A stretch of 64,000 bases of DNA from the human T2T-CHM13v2.0 reference genome, Homo sapiens: the NCBI RefSeq assembly GCF_009914755.1, contig NC_060936.1; one strand, written 5' to 3'. The notes beneath the pieces are model-generated. The model had not been told where the DNA came from. It worked only from the letters and a program-made list of their open reading frames with translations, and did not search any database. Made by a program: the position numbers and the translations under genes. Every line of letters begins with the position of its first letter. Position 1 is the first letter of the stretch. Shown in pieces: positions 37,472-54,294 of the stretch.

Positions 37472-38106
37472 TTGTATTAGGCAAAATAATGGTCCCAAAG
37501 ATGTTTATCTTCCTCCCCAAAACCTGTGCATGTTCTGTTACATGGCAAAAGGGAAATTTTGCAGACACAATTAAGGCTGCAGACTTTATGAGAGGGAGAT
37601 TATCTTGGATGATCCAAGTGATCCCAAGGGCTAATTACCTAAGGGCTAATCATAGGAGTCCTTAAAAGCAGAGGACATTCTCCAGGTGGCAGCAAAAGAG
37701 ATGAGACAGAATGGGGAGGTCAGAAGAACTTGAAATGTGAGAAGGACTAGACTCATTATTTCTGACTCTGACAATGGAGGATGGGGGTTCAGAGCTAAGG
37801 AATGTGATAGCCTCTGGAAGCTGAGAATGACTCCCTCTCAGCTGAGAACCACGGCTAGCCAAGGACATGGAACCTCTGTTCTAAAACTACAAGAAACTAA
37901 TCTGGGTCTGAAACCTGAATGAGTTTGGAAGCAGAGCTACCCTAGGGCCTCCAGAAAGGAGTGCAGCCCTGCTGACACCTTGATTTCAGCCTTGTGTGAC
38001 TAAGAAGTGGACCCACCTGGGCCACGCTATACCAGGACCTCCAACTCGAACTGTGAAATAATAAAGTTGTGGTAATTTATTATGGCAGCAATAGAAAACT
38101 AATACA
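37472..38106 (+). mobile_element. MLT1D/E-like MaLR LTR
   Basis: aataatggtcccaaagatgt...gttacatggcaaaagg ... ggcagcaatagaaaactaataca. Confidence 0.7.
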
Positions 38107-38109
38107 CAG

Positions 38110-38649
<540 letters not shown>

Positions 38650-40047
38650 TTAGAAGGTCAATTTAACAACAAATGCCTCTGTGATCTGTAAGTGGAAAGG
38701 AATATCTAGCTTTCACAGATATTTGATCATAGAGACATCATATGCATACCCTGGAAGAACACTTAATAGTATCAGAGTTATCACCAAAGAAGGGCTGGAA
38801 AAGGACAAAATAATATTGTCAAGGGCACCAAACCTCTCTCTGTTATATAATGATATGATAATCAAAGAAACTGTATGGCTATCCAAGAAAGTCTTCTTGG
38901 GAAGCTAGGGGGAATTAAGAGAGGTAACTAAGAAAAGGGTGATTACATATAAAGGATAATGATTGTTGAAAAAATGGTGGATAGGAGGCAGCACTAACTA
39001 GCAGCTCCCTCTTGAATGGACAGAGCAGCATATGGAGACCTACATCATGGCCTTTTGCTAACGCAGAAATATGCCAGGAAAGCAGGGAGAATCCACAGAC
39101 TCTTTGAAGGAAGCGGCTTGCCACTGCAGGCTCCGTAAGACAGCTGAAAAACTGTGAGCGCTCATAGTGTGAGAGGGGGAACATCGCCCCTGAAACACGC
39201 ATCCTCACTGGGTAACCTGAAGGTCCAGATCACAGGAGGATTTGACCTTACCTGAAGCTGAGACAAATTTAGAGAGGTGAGCGAAATATAGGGGACCAAA
39301 TACATGGAACCAAAAAAGAGCCCACATAGCCAAAGCAAAACTAAGCAAAAAGAACAAATATGGAGGCATCACATTACCCAACTTCAAACTATACTACAAG
39401 GCTATAGTTACCAAAACAGTATGGTACTGGTATAAAAAGAGGCACGTAGATCAATAGAACAGAAGAGAGAGCCCAGAAATAAAGCGAAATAGTGACAGCC
39501 AACTCATCTTCGACAAGGCAAACAAAAACATAAAGTGGAGAAAGGACACCCTATTCAACAAATGGTGCTGGGATAATTGGCAAGCCACATGTAGAAGAAT
39601 AAAACTGGATCCTCATCTGTCTGACCTTATACAAAAATCAACTGAAGATGGATCAAAGACTTAAATCTAACACCTGAAACCATAAAAATTCTAGATGGGA
39701 ACATTGGAAAAACCCTTCTAGACATTGGCTTAGGCAAAGACTTCATGACCAAGAACCCAAAAGCAAATGCAACAAGATATACAGTGCAACAAACATATGA
39801 AAAAATGCTCAATATCATTAATGATCAGAGAAATGCAAATCAAAACCACAATATGACACCACCTTACTCCCACAAGAATGGCCATAATCAAAAAATAATA
39901 GATGTTGATGTGGATGTGGTGAGAAGGGACACTTTTACACTGCTGGTGGGAATGTAAACTAGTACAACCACTATGGAAAACAGTGTGATTTCTTAAAGAA
40001 CTAAAAGTAGATCTGTTTGATCCAGTGATCCCACTACTGGGTATCTA

Positions 40048-40382
<335 letters not shown>

Positions 40383-40674
40383 GATACTTGCACACGCATG
40401 TTTATAGCACCACAATTTGCAACTGCAAAAATATGGAATCAGCCCAAATGCCCATTAATCAATGAGTGGATAAAGAAAATATGGTATGTATATATCAGGG
40501 AATACTACTTAGCCATAAAAGGAACAAAATGGCATTTGCAGCAACCTAGATGGAACTGGAGACCATTATTCTAAGTGCAATAACTCAGGAATAGAAAACC
40601 AAACATTGTATGTTCTCATTCTCATAAGTGGGAGCTAGGTTATGAGGACACAAAGGCATAAGAATGGACTTTGG

Positions 40675-40979
40675 GGCCAGGTGCAGTGGCTCACGCCTGT
40701 AATCCTAAGCACTTTGGGTGGCCGGGGCGGGCAGATCACCTGAGGTTGGGAGTTTGAGACCAGCCTAACCAACATGGAGAAACCCCATCTCTACTAAAAA
40801 TGCAAAATTAGCCAGGCATTGTGGCGCATGCCTGTAATCCAAGCTACTTGGGAGGCTGAGGCAAGAGAATCAATCGCTTGAATTCGGGAGGCGGAGGTTG
40901 CAGTGAGCCGAGATTGTGCCATTGCACTCCAGCCTGGGCAACAAGAGCTAAACTCTGTCTCACACGCACACACAAAAAA
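40675..40979 (+). mobile_element. Alu nested in L1PB
   Basis: TSD aagaatggactttggg. Confidence 0.92.
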
Positions 40980-41396
40980 GAATGGACTTTGGGAACTTGG
41001 GGGGAATGGATGGGAGGGGAGTGAAGGACAAAAGATGACACATTAGGTACAGTGTACACTGCTCAGGTGATGGGTGCACCAAAATCTCAGAAATCCATGA
41101 AAGAACTTATCCATGTAACCAAATACTACCTGTTTCCCAAAAACCTATTGAAAAGAAAAATAATAAAGGAAGAACCAACCTGTGGGCTTAGGTATGTGGG
41201 GTGTAGCTTTGCCTGCTAACTCCGGTTAAGTCAATATGGTTAATAAAATCATTTAATTACAGATCCACAGATCACTTCTTTCCTGGGTCAGGCTCTCTAC
41301 ATGGAAGATGGGCTGCGAAGAGATGGAAGTTCACTTTCCTTGTGCTGGGGGTAAGTTACCCTGGGACTGGAATAATACTGGCAGTCTAGGTTTAGA

Positions 41397-41595
41397 TCAG
41401 AGGTTGGCTGACAATGGCCCACTGCCTATTTTTGTAAATAAAGTTTATAGAATATAGCCATGCCCATTCATTTACATATTGTCTGTGGCTAACTTCATTC
41501 TATAATAGCAGAGTTAAGTAGCTGCAACAGAGACCATATGATTCACAAAATACTTAATTTTGTCCTTTATACAGAAAAAAATTTGCTGACTCCTG
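41397..41595 (-). mobile_element. MER58A-like DNA transposon
   Basis: tttttgtaaataaagttt...agccatgcccattcatttacatattgtctgtggct. Confidence 0.7.
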
Positions 41596-41919
41596 GCCCA
41601 ATATATATTGAACCTAAACACAATGAAGTAAACAGAAATACTTATATTAAGGTGGAAAAAAATTACCTGCAAATATACAGAATAGGAGAGACCTGACTCG
41701 GCAAGAAATGTGCTTGAATGAAAAAATCTTGATGGTTACAAATCAGCACAAATTATATAAGGAAGGAAAAAGTGCTTAAAAAAAAAGAAAACATACGCTT
41801 AGACTACCCTAAAAGAAACAATATCTGGACCAGTAGTTACAGTTCTCCTGTATGAACCATTCTTCAATATATACTCTTGTCTCCAAACTGTTCTCTGCCT
41901 AGCACCTTCTAACCAGTGG

Positions 41920-42175
41920 TTAATTTACACTTATCTGTCAGACTTCAGCTTAGATATCATTTCCTCTGAAAAGCCTTCTTTGATTCCCCAAAACTGGGTT
42001 CCATGTACTTACTTACTTTATCATGGCATTTAACATATCATACTGAAATTACTTCTTTATTTGTCCATCTGCCCCACTAGATGAATCCTGTAAGCAGAGA
42101 TAGGTAGATGGTATTCCAATACCAGGCCCAGTGCCTGCCACATAACAGTTTTTTAACATGTTCATTAAATGAATG
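41920..42175 (+). mobile_element. L2 3' end
   Basis: cccagtgcctgccacataa...taaatgaatg tail. Confidence 0.55.
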
Positions 42176-43111
42176 CCACAGCCCCATTATATTCCTTATC
42201 AGTTAGACTGCATAGTATAAGTATAGTCATGTGTCACTTAACAATGGGGATACATTCTGAGAAATGTGTCATTAGGTGACTTTGTCATTGTGTGAACATC
42301 GTAGAGTATATTTACACAAACCTAGATGGTGTAGCCTACCACACACCTGGGCTATATGGTATAGCCCTATTGCTCCTAGGCTACAAACCTGTAGAACATG
42401 TTACTCTGGTGAATAATGTAGTCATTGCAACACAATGGTAAGTATTTGTGTATCTAAACATGCAAAAAATATAGTCAAAATACAGTATAAAAGATAAAAA
42501 AAAATAGTATGCCTGTATAGGGCACTTACCGTGGATGGAGCATGCAGAACTGGAAGTTGCTCTGGGTGAGTCAGTGAGTGGTGAGTGAATGTGAAGGCCT
42601 AGGATGTTATTGCACACCACTGTAGACTTCATAAACATTGTACACTTAGGCTACACTAAATTTATAAAAAAACCTTTCTTTCTTCAATAATAAATTAACC
42701 TCAGCTTACTATACTTCTTTACTTAGCTTACTGTAACTTTTTTACTTTATAAACTTAACTCTTTATACCTTTTTAACTCTTATAATAACACTTGGTTTAG
42801 AACACAAACATTATACAACTATACAAGGATATTTTCTTTCCTTAGGTCCTTTTTCTAGATTTTTTTTCTATTTTTAAAAATTGTTTAAACTGTAAACTTT
42901 TGAAACAAAGACACTAACACATGTATTAGCCTTGGCATACACAAAATCAGGATCATCAATATCACTGTCTTCCACCTCTACATCTTGTCCTACTGGAAGG
43001 TCTTCAGGGGCAATATCATGGAGCTGTCATCTCCAATGACAACAATGCCTTCTTCAGGAATACCTCCTGAAGGACCTGCCTGAGGCTGCTTACAGTTGAA
43101 TTTTTTGTTTA

Positions 43112-43408
43112 GGCCAGGCACAGTAGCTCACATCTGTAATCCCAGCACTTTGGGAGGCTGAGACAGTTGGTTGCTTGAGCCCAGGAGTCCAAGACCAGCC
43201 TGGGCAACATGGTGAAACCCCGTCTCTTCAAAAAGTACAAAAATTAGCTGGGCATGGTGGCAGATACCTGTAGTTCCAGCTACTTGGGAGGCTGAGGTGG
43301 GAGGATCACTTGAGCCCAGGAAGTCAAGGTTACAGTGAACCGTGATAATGGCAACTGCACTCTGGTCTGGGGCAAACAGGGTGAGCCCCTGTCTCAAAAA
43401 AAAAAAAA
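43112..43408 (+). mobile_element. Alu (AluJ-like) nested in Tigger
   Basis: Sense Alu. Confidence 0.9.
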
Positions 43409-43520
43409 TTGTTTAATAAGTAGTACATTCTAAAATAACAGTAGCATAATAAATACATAAGCCAGTAATCAAGTTTAAATCAAATGTTTATCAAGTACTA
43501 TGTACATAATTGTACTATAC

Positions 43521-43615
43521 TTTTTTTCCTCCAGAGCAGGAATGGAAGTTTATTTAAAAAGGCTTTAGAACAGGAAAGAAAGGAAAGTATGCTTGGAAGA
43601 AATCTAAACAGGACA
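43521..43615 (-). mobile_element. Short polyadenylated retrocopy of an LTR 3' end
   Basis: AATAAA at 43549-43554 (minus strand), then 21 nt, then A7. Flanking ctatactttt direct repeat. Confidence 0.55.
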
Positions 43616-43971
43616 TGCTATACTTTTATACTACTGGCAGCACAATAGGTTAACACCAGCATCAACATAAACACATGAGTAATGCATTGTGCTATGATGT
43701 TAAGATAGCTAGGATGTCACTATGCGATAGGAATTTTTCAGTTCCATTATAATCTTATGGGACCACCTTCCTATAATGAGTCTGTTGTTGACCAAAATGT
43801 CATTATGCAGGACCTGTTTTCAGTTTTGGTAATTGGCAGACTGAATTCCCTGCTCAAATCTATCCCCTTCCCTACCCTCTGGTAGACAGATCCCTAGTTT
43901 TAACTGGGTTCTTTCCTCTGTGGCCACGTACTCGGAAGAATCAGTACTCCAGTCCTTAGGGTGATTAATCT

Positions 43972-44267
43972 TTTCTTTTTTTTTGAGATGCAGTTTCGCT
44001 CTTGTTGCCCAGGCTGGAGAGCAATGGTGCGATCTAGGCTCACTGCAAAATTCGCCTCCGAGGTTCAAGCGATTCCCCTGCCTCAGACTCCCAAGTAGCT
44101 GTGATTACAAGCATGCACCACCACAACCGGCTAATTTTGTATTTTTAGTAGAGACGGGGTTTCTCCATGTTGCTCAGGCTGATCTCGAACTCCCAACCTC
44201 AGGTGATCCACCCACCTTTGCCTCCCAATGTGATGGGATTACAGGTGTGAGCCACCACGCCCAGCCC
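43972..44267 (-). mobile_element. Alu within an old MLT1-like LTR (~43820-44660)
   Basis: Antisense Alu. TSD agggtgatt(a/t)atctt. Confidence 0.88.
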
Positions 44268-45106
44268 AGGGTGATTTATCTTAACCAGATGGTTCAGGAG
44301 GGAATGTGATGCATTTAGGTACAGTGACATGTAAAGGGAAGTCAACTGAGCCATTACTGGAAAGGAGAGATTTACTTAAAAAGAAAAGTGTGAGGAAAAT
44401 GAGTTTTTTCTGCCTTTGAATGTGCCTATGTTTAAAGAGGTTTTGCTAGAAGCTGCTTGCAACCATGAACATGAGGATAAAAATCCCCTGCATTGAGGAT
44501 GGCAGAGATGAAAGACAGAAAGAGCTAGGGTCCGTCATCATCAGTAAGCATCTGGAACCACCCCATCGCCAGATGTTTCCTTATGTGAATAGGGTAACAC
44601 TTTTAGTTGGCTTTTCCTTTACTTGTAGACAGAAGCATGCTAACTTATGCAAGTGACCACATTTTAAGCGGAACTTTAGCAAATTGGGGCACATCTAAAT
44701 GGCAAATAATGGTGAAGGCTTTGGAAACCATGTCTTTTGAGGAATAAAGGATTATGGATGTAAAGTCTAGAAAAAAGAAGACTTGGCATGAGATATAACA
44801 GCTCTTCTGTAATGTGAATGAAAAACCTAGGACCAAGTGTGGTAATGGGGAGCTACATTAATTCACAAATAGGAGAAAAAAGGTCAAACTAGAACTACTT
44901 AAAACAGAAAGGTTTATGGGGTAGTATGTTTTCTTGTTAAGAACTTCAGCTGTAATTTGGTGACTCCCTGTTGTGAGCATTCTGGATTTGCTTTGGTGTG
45001 AGGCTGAGCAACAGAACTTCTGTTTCCTTCCAACCCTTAAGATGCCATAATTTTATCTGACTTCGTGACATGTACTGCAATAATTGTACAAGCAGGGAGG
45101 AAGAGT

Positions 45107-45345
45107 ACAGTTCACCCTTGCACAACATTGGCTTGAACTGCACAAGTTCACTCACACGCAATTTTTTTTTCAATTAATACAGTCAGCCATGCATATCCAC
45201 GAGTTCCATATCCACAACCAAATGAAGATATGAAATCTGTTGATCCAAAGAACCAACTCCCTGACTTAAAGATGCTTGGATTTTGGTATCCAAGGGGACC
45301 CTAGAACAAATCTCCCATGGACATGGAGGGATGATTGGAAGTATA
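45107..45345. mobile_element. TcMar-Tigger derivative (MER2/MER8-type)
   Basis: cagttcacccttgcacaaca...ttggattttggtatccaaggggaccctagaacaaatc. Confidence 0.6.
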
Positions 45346-46143
45346 AAATTGCCAGTGTATATATTATTCATGCTTCAATCTCTAAAATTGGTGGCACTAT
45401 AATAGCCTCTGGACATATTTATGGAACTACCCCAGAAAATCAAAATTGAAGGATACTCAGTAAAGAGTACTAACAAGAAACTCAATTGTTCCTGAAGGCA
45501 AAAAAAGAAAAAAAGGAGGGGGTAGAAGTATTGATACACATAAAAATTGCAAAGTGTTAACTGCGCCCCCAATAAGATTTACAGAAAAGGATTACATATA
45601 TGAATATAGTAATTCTCAAATATCTTTGCTAGGAAAAACTTAACATTTAAAATAAAGATATACTTAGCCTTAGCATGTTTTTAGATATTATAATACAGGA
45701 ATGTTTTAAATTCTGGATATTTATAGAAATAGGATATTAAAAAGTTGCTTAATTTACTCATTCTATATCCCTCTTCAAATCTCTTCCATCTTCGTAGTTC
45801 CAAAGTCTTGATTGAAAAATCTCTTGTTCAACTGCAAGAAATGGAGTAAAAATAAACTGGTGGAAAAAAGCAACAAATATGGCTACCATAGCTATGCCAA
45901 TTATGATAATAAATTATAAAGTAACTATACTGAATTCAAATAAACACTAAATTGCCCCAACATTATTGGTATAATGATAGCAGTGAGAGTCCAGACTCAC
46001 TTTTCATGTCAAATTGGAACCATAAGATTCCAATAGATATACCCTTGTGGGTATATCATTTAATGAAAAATTAAATTGCATATGCCATTTTTTTTACATT
46101 AAATTGAAGAATTTCTGTATGTGCCAATTTATTTGCTTTAGGG

Positions 46144-47637
<1,494 letters not shown>

Positions 47638-48339
47638 TAAACATTTATTTGCATGTCTATTTTTCTTCAAAAAAATTATCATTCTTGATGACATTTTGAG
47701 TATTTGAGTTCTTGTCATATAAATCAAAATGCTTCTGCTGAATGGTTGCAAGAAAGGTTCATCACTTCGCTATATACTTTCCTATCCTTCATAATGCTCA
47801 AGTATTCCTAAACACAATGAAGAATTAATATGAGAAATTCAGGTAAACTGGGTCAATAAATTAACCAATAAATTTTAAAATAATACAAGAAATTTCACTT
47901 ACCATTCAAATAGTATAGTTTGTAAATAACAAATTTTTTTGTTAATGACAGCATGTTGAAAATAAAAACTAACTTATAAGTTATATAATATTACCTTTCT
48001 GTCTAAATGATTTCAGAATTAAAAAAAAACCCAGATTACTATTTTTATTAAGTGATGTGTTTTTTCTGGGACCAAAAATTTATTGTGCATAATTTATAAT
48101 ACTATATATATAGCAGGAAAAACACTGAGTTTGTATTTTTTAATATGCTTCCCTAAAAGGTTTCAAATTCTCAAACCTGCTAAGATTGTAACAATACTGT
48201 TGACAACATATATGCTAAATTTCAGTATTTTAACATTCACATGAATTTCTTTAAAATTTACAATTATTGTCTAACATCTAATGGTTTATAAAAAATCATC
48301 ATGCTTACATTGTTTCACGCTTTCATTTTTTACATCTCA

Positions 48340-48965
<626 letters not shown>

Positions 48966-49549
48966 TCAAGTATTATAATTTAATGAAATTTGCATTTTAA
49001 AAACACTACTGCTTCTACATACTGTGTATCTCTACCTTTTGGTATTTATATATTCTAAAAGGAAAATTGAAACAAAATTTACTTTCTATAGCACTTCAAA
49101 GTACAGACTAAAAGGAGATTGTTTGGACCGTAAGGAATTAGGCACAGCTGAAATTAATTCTGAGTATTAGTCAATTTCCCAAGGAGAAACTACTTCACCC
49201 ACTACTCTTTTGGACTTACTTCCATCTGTTTAGCTGAGAATATTGGCAGATCGCAACAGCCACATCATATGTTACAATCAAAGCCAGATGACATTCTGGC
49301 ATTGTAGTACCATTAAGTGATATGCTAATTTTGTTTTGTGATAAATCAACTGTAAGTTCACATATTCAAAATCCAGAAGCCCACAGTATGGCAAATATTC
49401 CCATTCCACCCTCCCATCTTTTTTTCTCCTTTGGATTCAAGAAGTTTGCCCCCCTTTTAATAACTACCAGCAACTAGTTTTCTGTGTTTCATCTCCCTTC
49501 AATCAAACTGAAAGGAAGAATTTGATATCTGAAAAACATCCTTGATACC

Positions 49550-50530
49550 TCATCCATTCATTTTATTCTTTCAATAAAGTTAATTGAGCACCTACTATGT
49601 GCCAGGCACTGTATGAGGCATAAAAAATACAAAGTTGAACAATGACAATGACAGAAACAAAATTCCGGTCCTCATGGAGTTTACAATCTAGTGGTTCTGA
49701 CATTAATCAAACCAATACATACAAAATTACACGTGTTAAATGCTAAGTAGAGGTACATGGTCAGGTGAGACGTATAACAACGGGTCTTACTCTGTGACAG
49801 AAATTAGGGAATGTTTCCCTGAGGAAGTGATGAACTAGCTAAGATCTGAAAGACAAATAGGAATTAATTAGGCAATTGGGAAGGGATAGATATTTCAGGC
49901 CAAAGAAACAGCATGAACAAAAGTCTTATGCTGAATGAAGCACTGTAATTCTCATTCCGAATACTTAAAGGACAATGAAGGTATTAAGTAAAACATGGTA
50001 CATATGAGGCTAAGTGGCAACAAGAATAGGTAACCTCTATTGAGGTGATGTGCCAGCCACTGTTTTAATCTGAGACAGTAACTATTTTAATGCTTGGAAC
50101 TATGCTTTAGATAGTGGCCCTAATATATCTGACCTCATAGGTCAAATATATTTGGTCACATAAAATATTTCCTTTTCATCATTAAGGACAATAAAAAGCC
50201 ATTCGAGCATTTTAAGCTAGGGGTGCAAGTGCAGGTAGGTGGGTTGTCTTGATTAAAATTGAACTTCGAACAAAAAGGAGAATTCTGCTTGCAGTCGAGT
50301 GAATACAGGGAGGGCCAGAGTCGCTGCAGGAAGAACAGTTAGGAGACAACTGCAGTCATGCAGGCAAAAGGTGCTGATGGTAGCTTAGATTAGGGTGTGG
50401 TGAGAAGTAGACACATTTAAGAGATGTTTACAAGGTAAAAATGACAGGACTTGATGACAAAGTGATAGGAAGATATGTCAAGATTATTTCTATGTTACCA
50501 GTTTGGGAACCAGGGTGAATGGTGGTGGCA
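49550..50530 (-). mobile_element. L2 fragment
   Basis: ttgagcacctactatgtgccaggcactgt L2 tail and downstream L2-like motifs. Confidence 0.65.
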
Positions 50531-50755
50531 TTCACTGGGATAAGATGCCTTGGTTAGACTGTAGGTTAACACAAACTTATTAAAAAGGGGGTATAACTCC
50601 CCTACTGACATGTATTGAATAAAAACCCACAAAAGAATTCCTGGTGAGTTTCTTCCACATATATTTGCCTTTGGTCATACACAGTCATTCTTATATGACT
50701 TAACTAAAAATAATGCTTCATCACAACTAGTATATATGGGGGCATTTCCAAGTTC

Positions 50756-51051
50756 TTTTTTTTTTTTTTTTTTGAGATGGAGTCTGTGTTGCTCAGGTTA
50801 GAGTGCAGTGGTGCAATCGTGGCTCACTGCAGCCTTGGCCTCCTGGGTTCAAGCGATTCTCGTGCCTCAGCCTACTGATTGGCTGGGACTACAGGCGTGC
50901 ACCACCACGCCTGGCTAATTTTTGTATTTTTAGTAGAAATGGGGTTTCACCATGTTGGCCAGGCTGGTCTCGAACTCCTGACCTCAAGTGATCTGCCCAA
51001 TTTGGCCTCCCAAAGTGCTGAGATTACAGGGATGAGCCACCGCGCCCAGCC
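50756..51051 (-). mobile_element. Alu
   Basis: Antisense Alu, caagttct TSD. Confidence 0.9.
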
Positions 51052-51159
51052 TCAAGTTCTAGGATAAGGTGAGAAAAGAAAAACATTCAAAATACCCAAT
51101 GTTTTTTACATACATGAAATTAAAAAGCACAGCACAGAAAACCCACTACAAAGCTACTG

Positions 51160-52070
51160 TAATCATACCCGTTAGAATGACTATTATCAAGAAGACAAAA
51201 GGGAAGTGTTGGAGAGGATGCAGAGAAAAGGAAAGAAAAGCTTTGTACACTGTTGGTGGCAATGTAAATTATTATAGCCATTATGGAAAACAGTATGGAG
51301 GGTCCTCAAAACATTAAAAAATAGAACTACCATATTATCCACCAATCCCACTATTTGGTATATGTTCAAAGGAAACGAAATCAGTATGTGGAAGAGATAT
51401 CTGCAATCCCATGTTCACTGCAGCATTACTCAATAGCCAAGATATGGAATCAATTTAACTGTCCATCAATGGATGAATGGAAAAAGCAAATGTGGAAAAT
51501 ATACATAAGAGAATACCATTCAACTTTTAAAAAAAGGAAATCCTGTCATTTCTGACAACATGGATAAACCTGGGTGTAGTGGCACACGCCTGTGGTCCCA
51601 GCTACACAGGGGACCACTGTGTTAAGTGAAATAAGCCAGGCACAGAAAGACATGCCAAAATTCTAGATGATCTCACTTACGGAGTGCAAAAAAAGTCAAC
51701 TTCATGGGATGGAGAGTAAAATTCTGGTTATCAGAGGCTGGGGGATGGGGAAATGGGGAGATGTTTGTAAAAGGACACGAAATTGCAGTTAGTAAATATA
51801 AGTTCAAGAGATCTACTGTATATCACGTGATTACAGTTAATAACAATATGCTGTATACTTGAAAATTGTTACAAAATTTTAAGTGTTCTCGCTACAAAAA
51901 AAGTTTGTGAGGTAACATGTTAGACAGCTTGATTTAGCCATTCCACAAGGTATACATGTATCACATCGTGTTGTACACCATAAATATATAATTTTTACTT
52001 CTCAATTAAAAATATAGGAAAAAAACTCCAAAAAACTCAAAAGTAAACAAAAAATAAAAATAAAAAGCAA
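51160..52070 (+). mobile_element. L1MA-like 3' end
   Basis: ORF2 C-terminal motifs and L1MA-type 3'UTR (tgtatacttgaaaattg...taagtgttctc). Confidence 0.75.
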
Positions 52071-52744
52071 AGCACAATTGTCATTTTCAACTCCTGACCA
52101 TTAACATCTCTCAGCTAGAGATTTCTTTTTTAAATTCCAGGACATGACAACTTTATATCTAAATTATGGTAACTTAAAAAAAAAAAGCCAACTCTGGTAA
52201 GTCAATTATCAGGCTTTCCTGTATTTCTCAGACTGCTAGTTTGGGATTCACTTAAACAAAAATCATCCTATCTTTTAGGTAGTTTGAATAACACAAACAG
52301 GGTAACATATACCTCATACATAGACGTACACACACAATTTAAAGTTTTATGGTCACCTTTAAAAGATAAAAAAGATAAGGGAAAATGTGTGAATTAATGA
52401 CTAAGCTATAATAAAAGCATATAACTAGGCTTTAAGTCTAAAGACCAGATTACTAATTGTGATTTCAGTCATTTGTCCTTTCTAAGCCTCAGGGCATTTT
52501 TTTAAAAAAAATTTCTAACATTTGAATAATACCTACCTCTCAGAATACAGTGTTTTATGAATTTTAAACATCTATAAAAATAGTACTGCTTATAAATAAA
52601 AAAATCAAACTAAGCACACAGAATGCTCAGATTATCATAATCTCTACCGTTTGTATGATTTCCTTGGGAAGACCAAATAAATTTAAAAGTAGTAAGTAAA
52701 ACATTCAGCTTCTATAACAATAAGCAATTATAATATACGATAGA

Positions 52745-53045
52745 GGCCGGGTACGGTGGCTCACGCCTGTAATCCCAGCACTTTGGGAGGCCGAGGTGGG
52801 CGGATCACCTGGGGTTAGGAGTTGAAGACCAGCCTGGCCAACATGGTGAAACCCTGTGTCTACTAAAAATACCAAAAATTAGCTGGGCGTAGTGGTGGGC
52901 GCTTGTAACCCCAGTTACTCAGGAGGCTGAGACAGGAGAATCATTTGAACCCACGAGGCGGAGGTTGCGGTGAGCTAAGATCACACCATTGTACTCCAGC
53001 CTGGGCAACAAGAGCGAAACCTCATCGCAAAAAAAAAAAGAAAAA
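52745..53045 (+). mobile_element. Alu
   Basis: Sense Alu with A-tail. Confidence 0.92.
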
Positions 53046-54294
53046 CATAGAAAAATTTAAATTTATATAGAATAGGTCAATCTTCAGAAACAATGTTAGC
53101 TCGGAAGAAGTTAATGTCCCATCAATCCTTCTTTTCCATAACAGACTGTTTTTGCCGAATGTATACCTAAAAATCAAATGTTCTAAGGACATACGCTATA
53201 CATTTTAAATCTTTAATTAGACATCTGCACATTTAATCTAAGGCTATTATATAGTTTTAGATTAACATGACTTATTATGATTTTTTTAATACTCTGAGGT
53301 AAACTACTATCAATTTGCTCTTGGCTATATCCTCTGTACCCAAAACAGTGCCTGTATATTTTAAATAACGTAAATGAAAATGGATGTTAGAGAAGGGGAG
53401 GGAAGGCCAGTATTGTTTTCAATAAAGCCTAAATCACTTCAAAATTTAATGTAAACAAAATATGTATTTTCCCCCAAGCACTTATATACCAGGACCACTG
53501 TGTATGTCATGCCAAACACGCAAAGCACCATAAAGTGTTGCAATGTGGTTTAAAATTTTCAAGTATCTTAAAGAAAGAGTAGTCCAGCTATTTCATTTTC
53601 TATCTTGGATAGATTTATGTTTAAGAATGTGAATTTTAAAATACACACCACTTAGTTAAATTCTATCAGAAATATATTTTAAATCTTTAAAAGTCTCTTG
53701 TTTCTTAACACCCATGTACTTTTATTTTATAATGCATGATTGAGATTCTTTCATGTTGATTTCAACCTTAATTCCTAACAAAATAGAATTCAAAATTCAC
53801 CAACGACTCTTATTATAGAAGACTTGTGTATGTATATATATCTCACATAGAGCTTTAATCAAAACTAGCTTTATAAATTTAGTATGTGCAAACACCCACC
53901 TAATATGATTCTATAAGAATGGTATGAAACTGTCTTATGTGCAAGGAAAAAAACATTTCCAAAAACAATCAACTCCTTAAGGAGAAAAAATGAAGGTAAA
54001 GAAATTAATATAAATAGTATTAATCAAAATTTTTATAATTACAAATGGTGCCAAATTTAGCAGGATAAATTACTCTTTTGCTTCTAACAACAAATGTTTA
54101 AAGGAATGTACAAGTAATGCTTTTAAATCACTTGGCCATAGATTTTGCTTTTGTATAGTTTGTGCTTTTTACTTTTACATTTGTACCATCTTTTTGTTGA
54201 AAATTATAGCTTCCACTTATACAATGTACCCATTATTTAAAATGATATTTTTCACATTTTCAAGATATTTTGTAAGTTCAGTAGGGTGATGATT

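Larger units (their letters stand above)
42222..43816 (+). mobile_element. Tigger3b-like TcMar DNA transposon with nested insertions
   Basis: ggggatacattctgagaaatgtgtcattagg...acacaaacctagatggt ... ataatcttatgggaccacc. Confidence 0.8.

Noticed and set aside
37620-37650. Small tandem duplication (aagggctaat x2); similar ones at ~8750, ~18700, ~24120 and ~42700
   Set aside because: Common slippage events inside decayed repeats with no functional indication.
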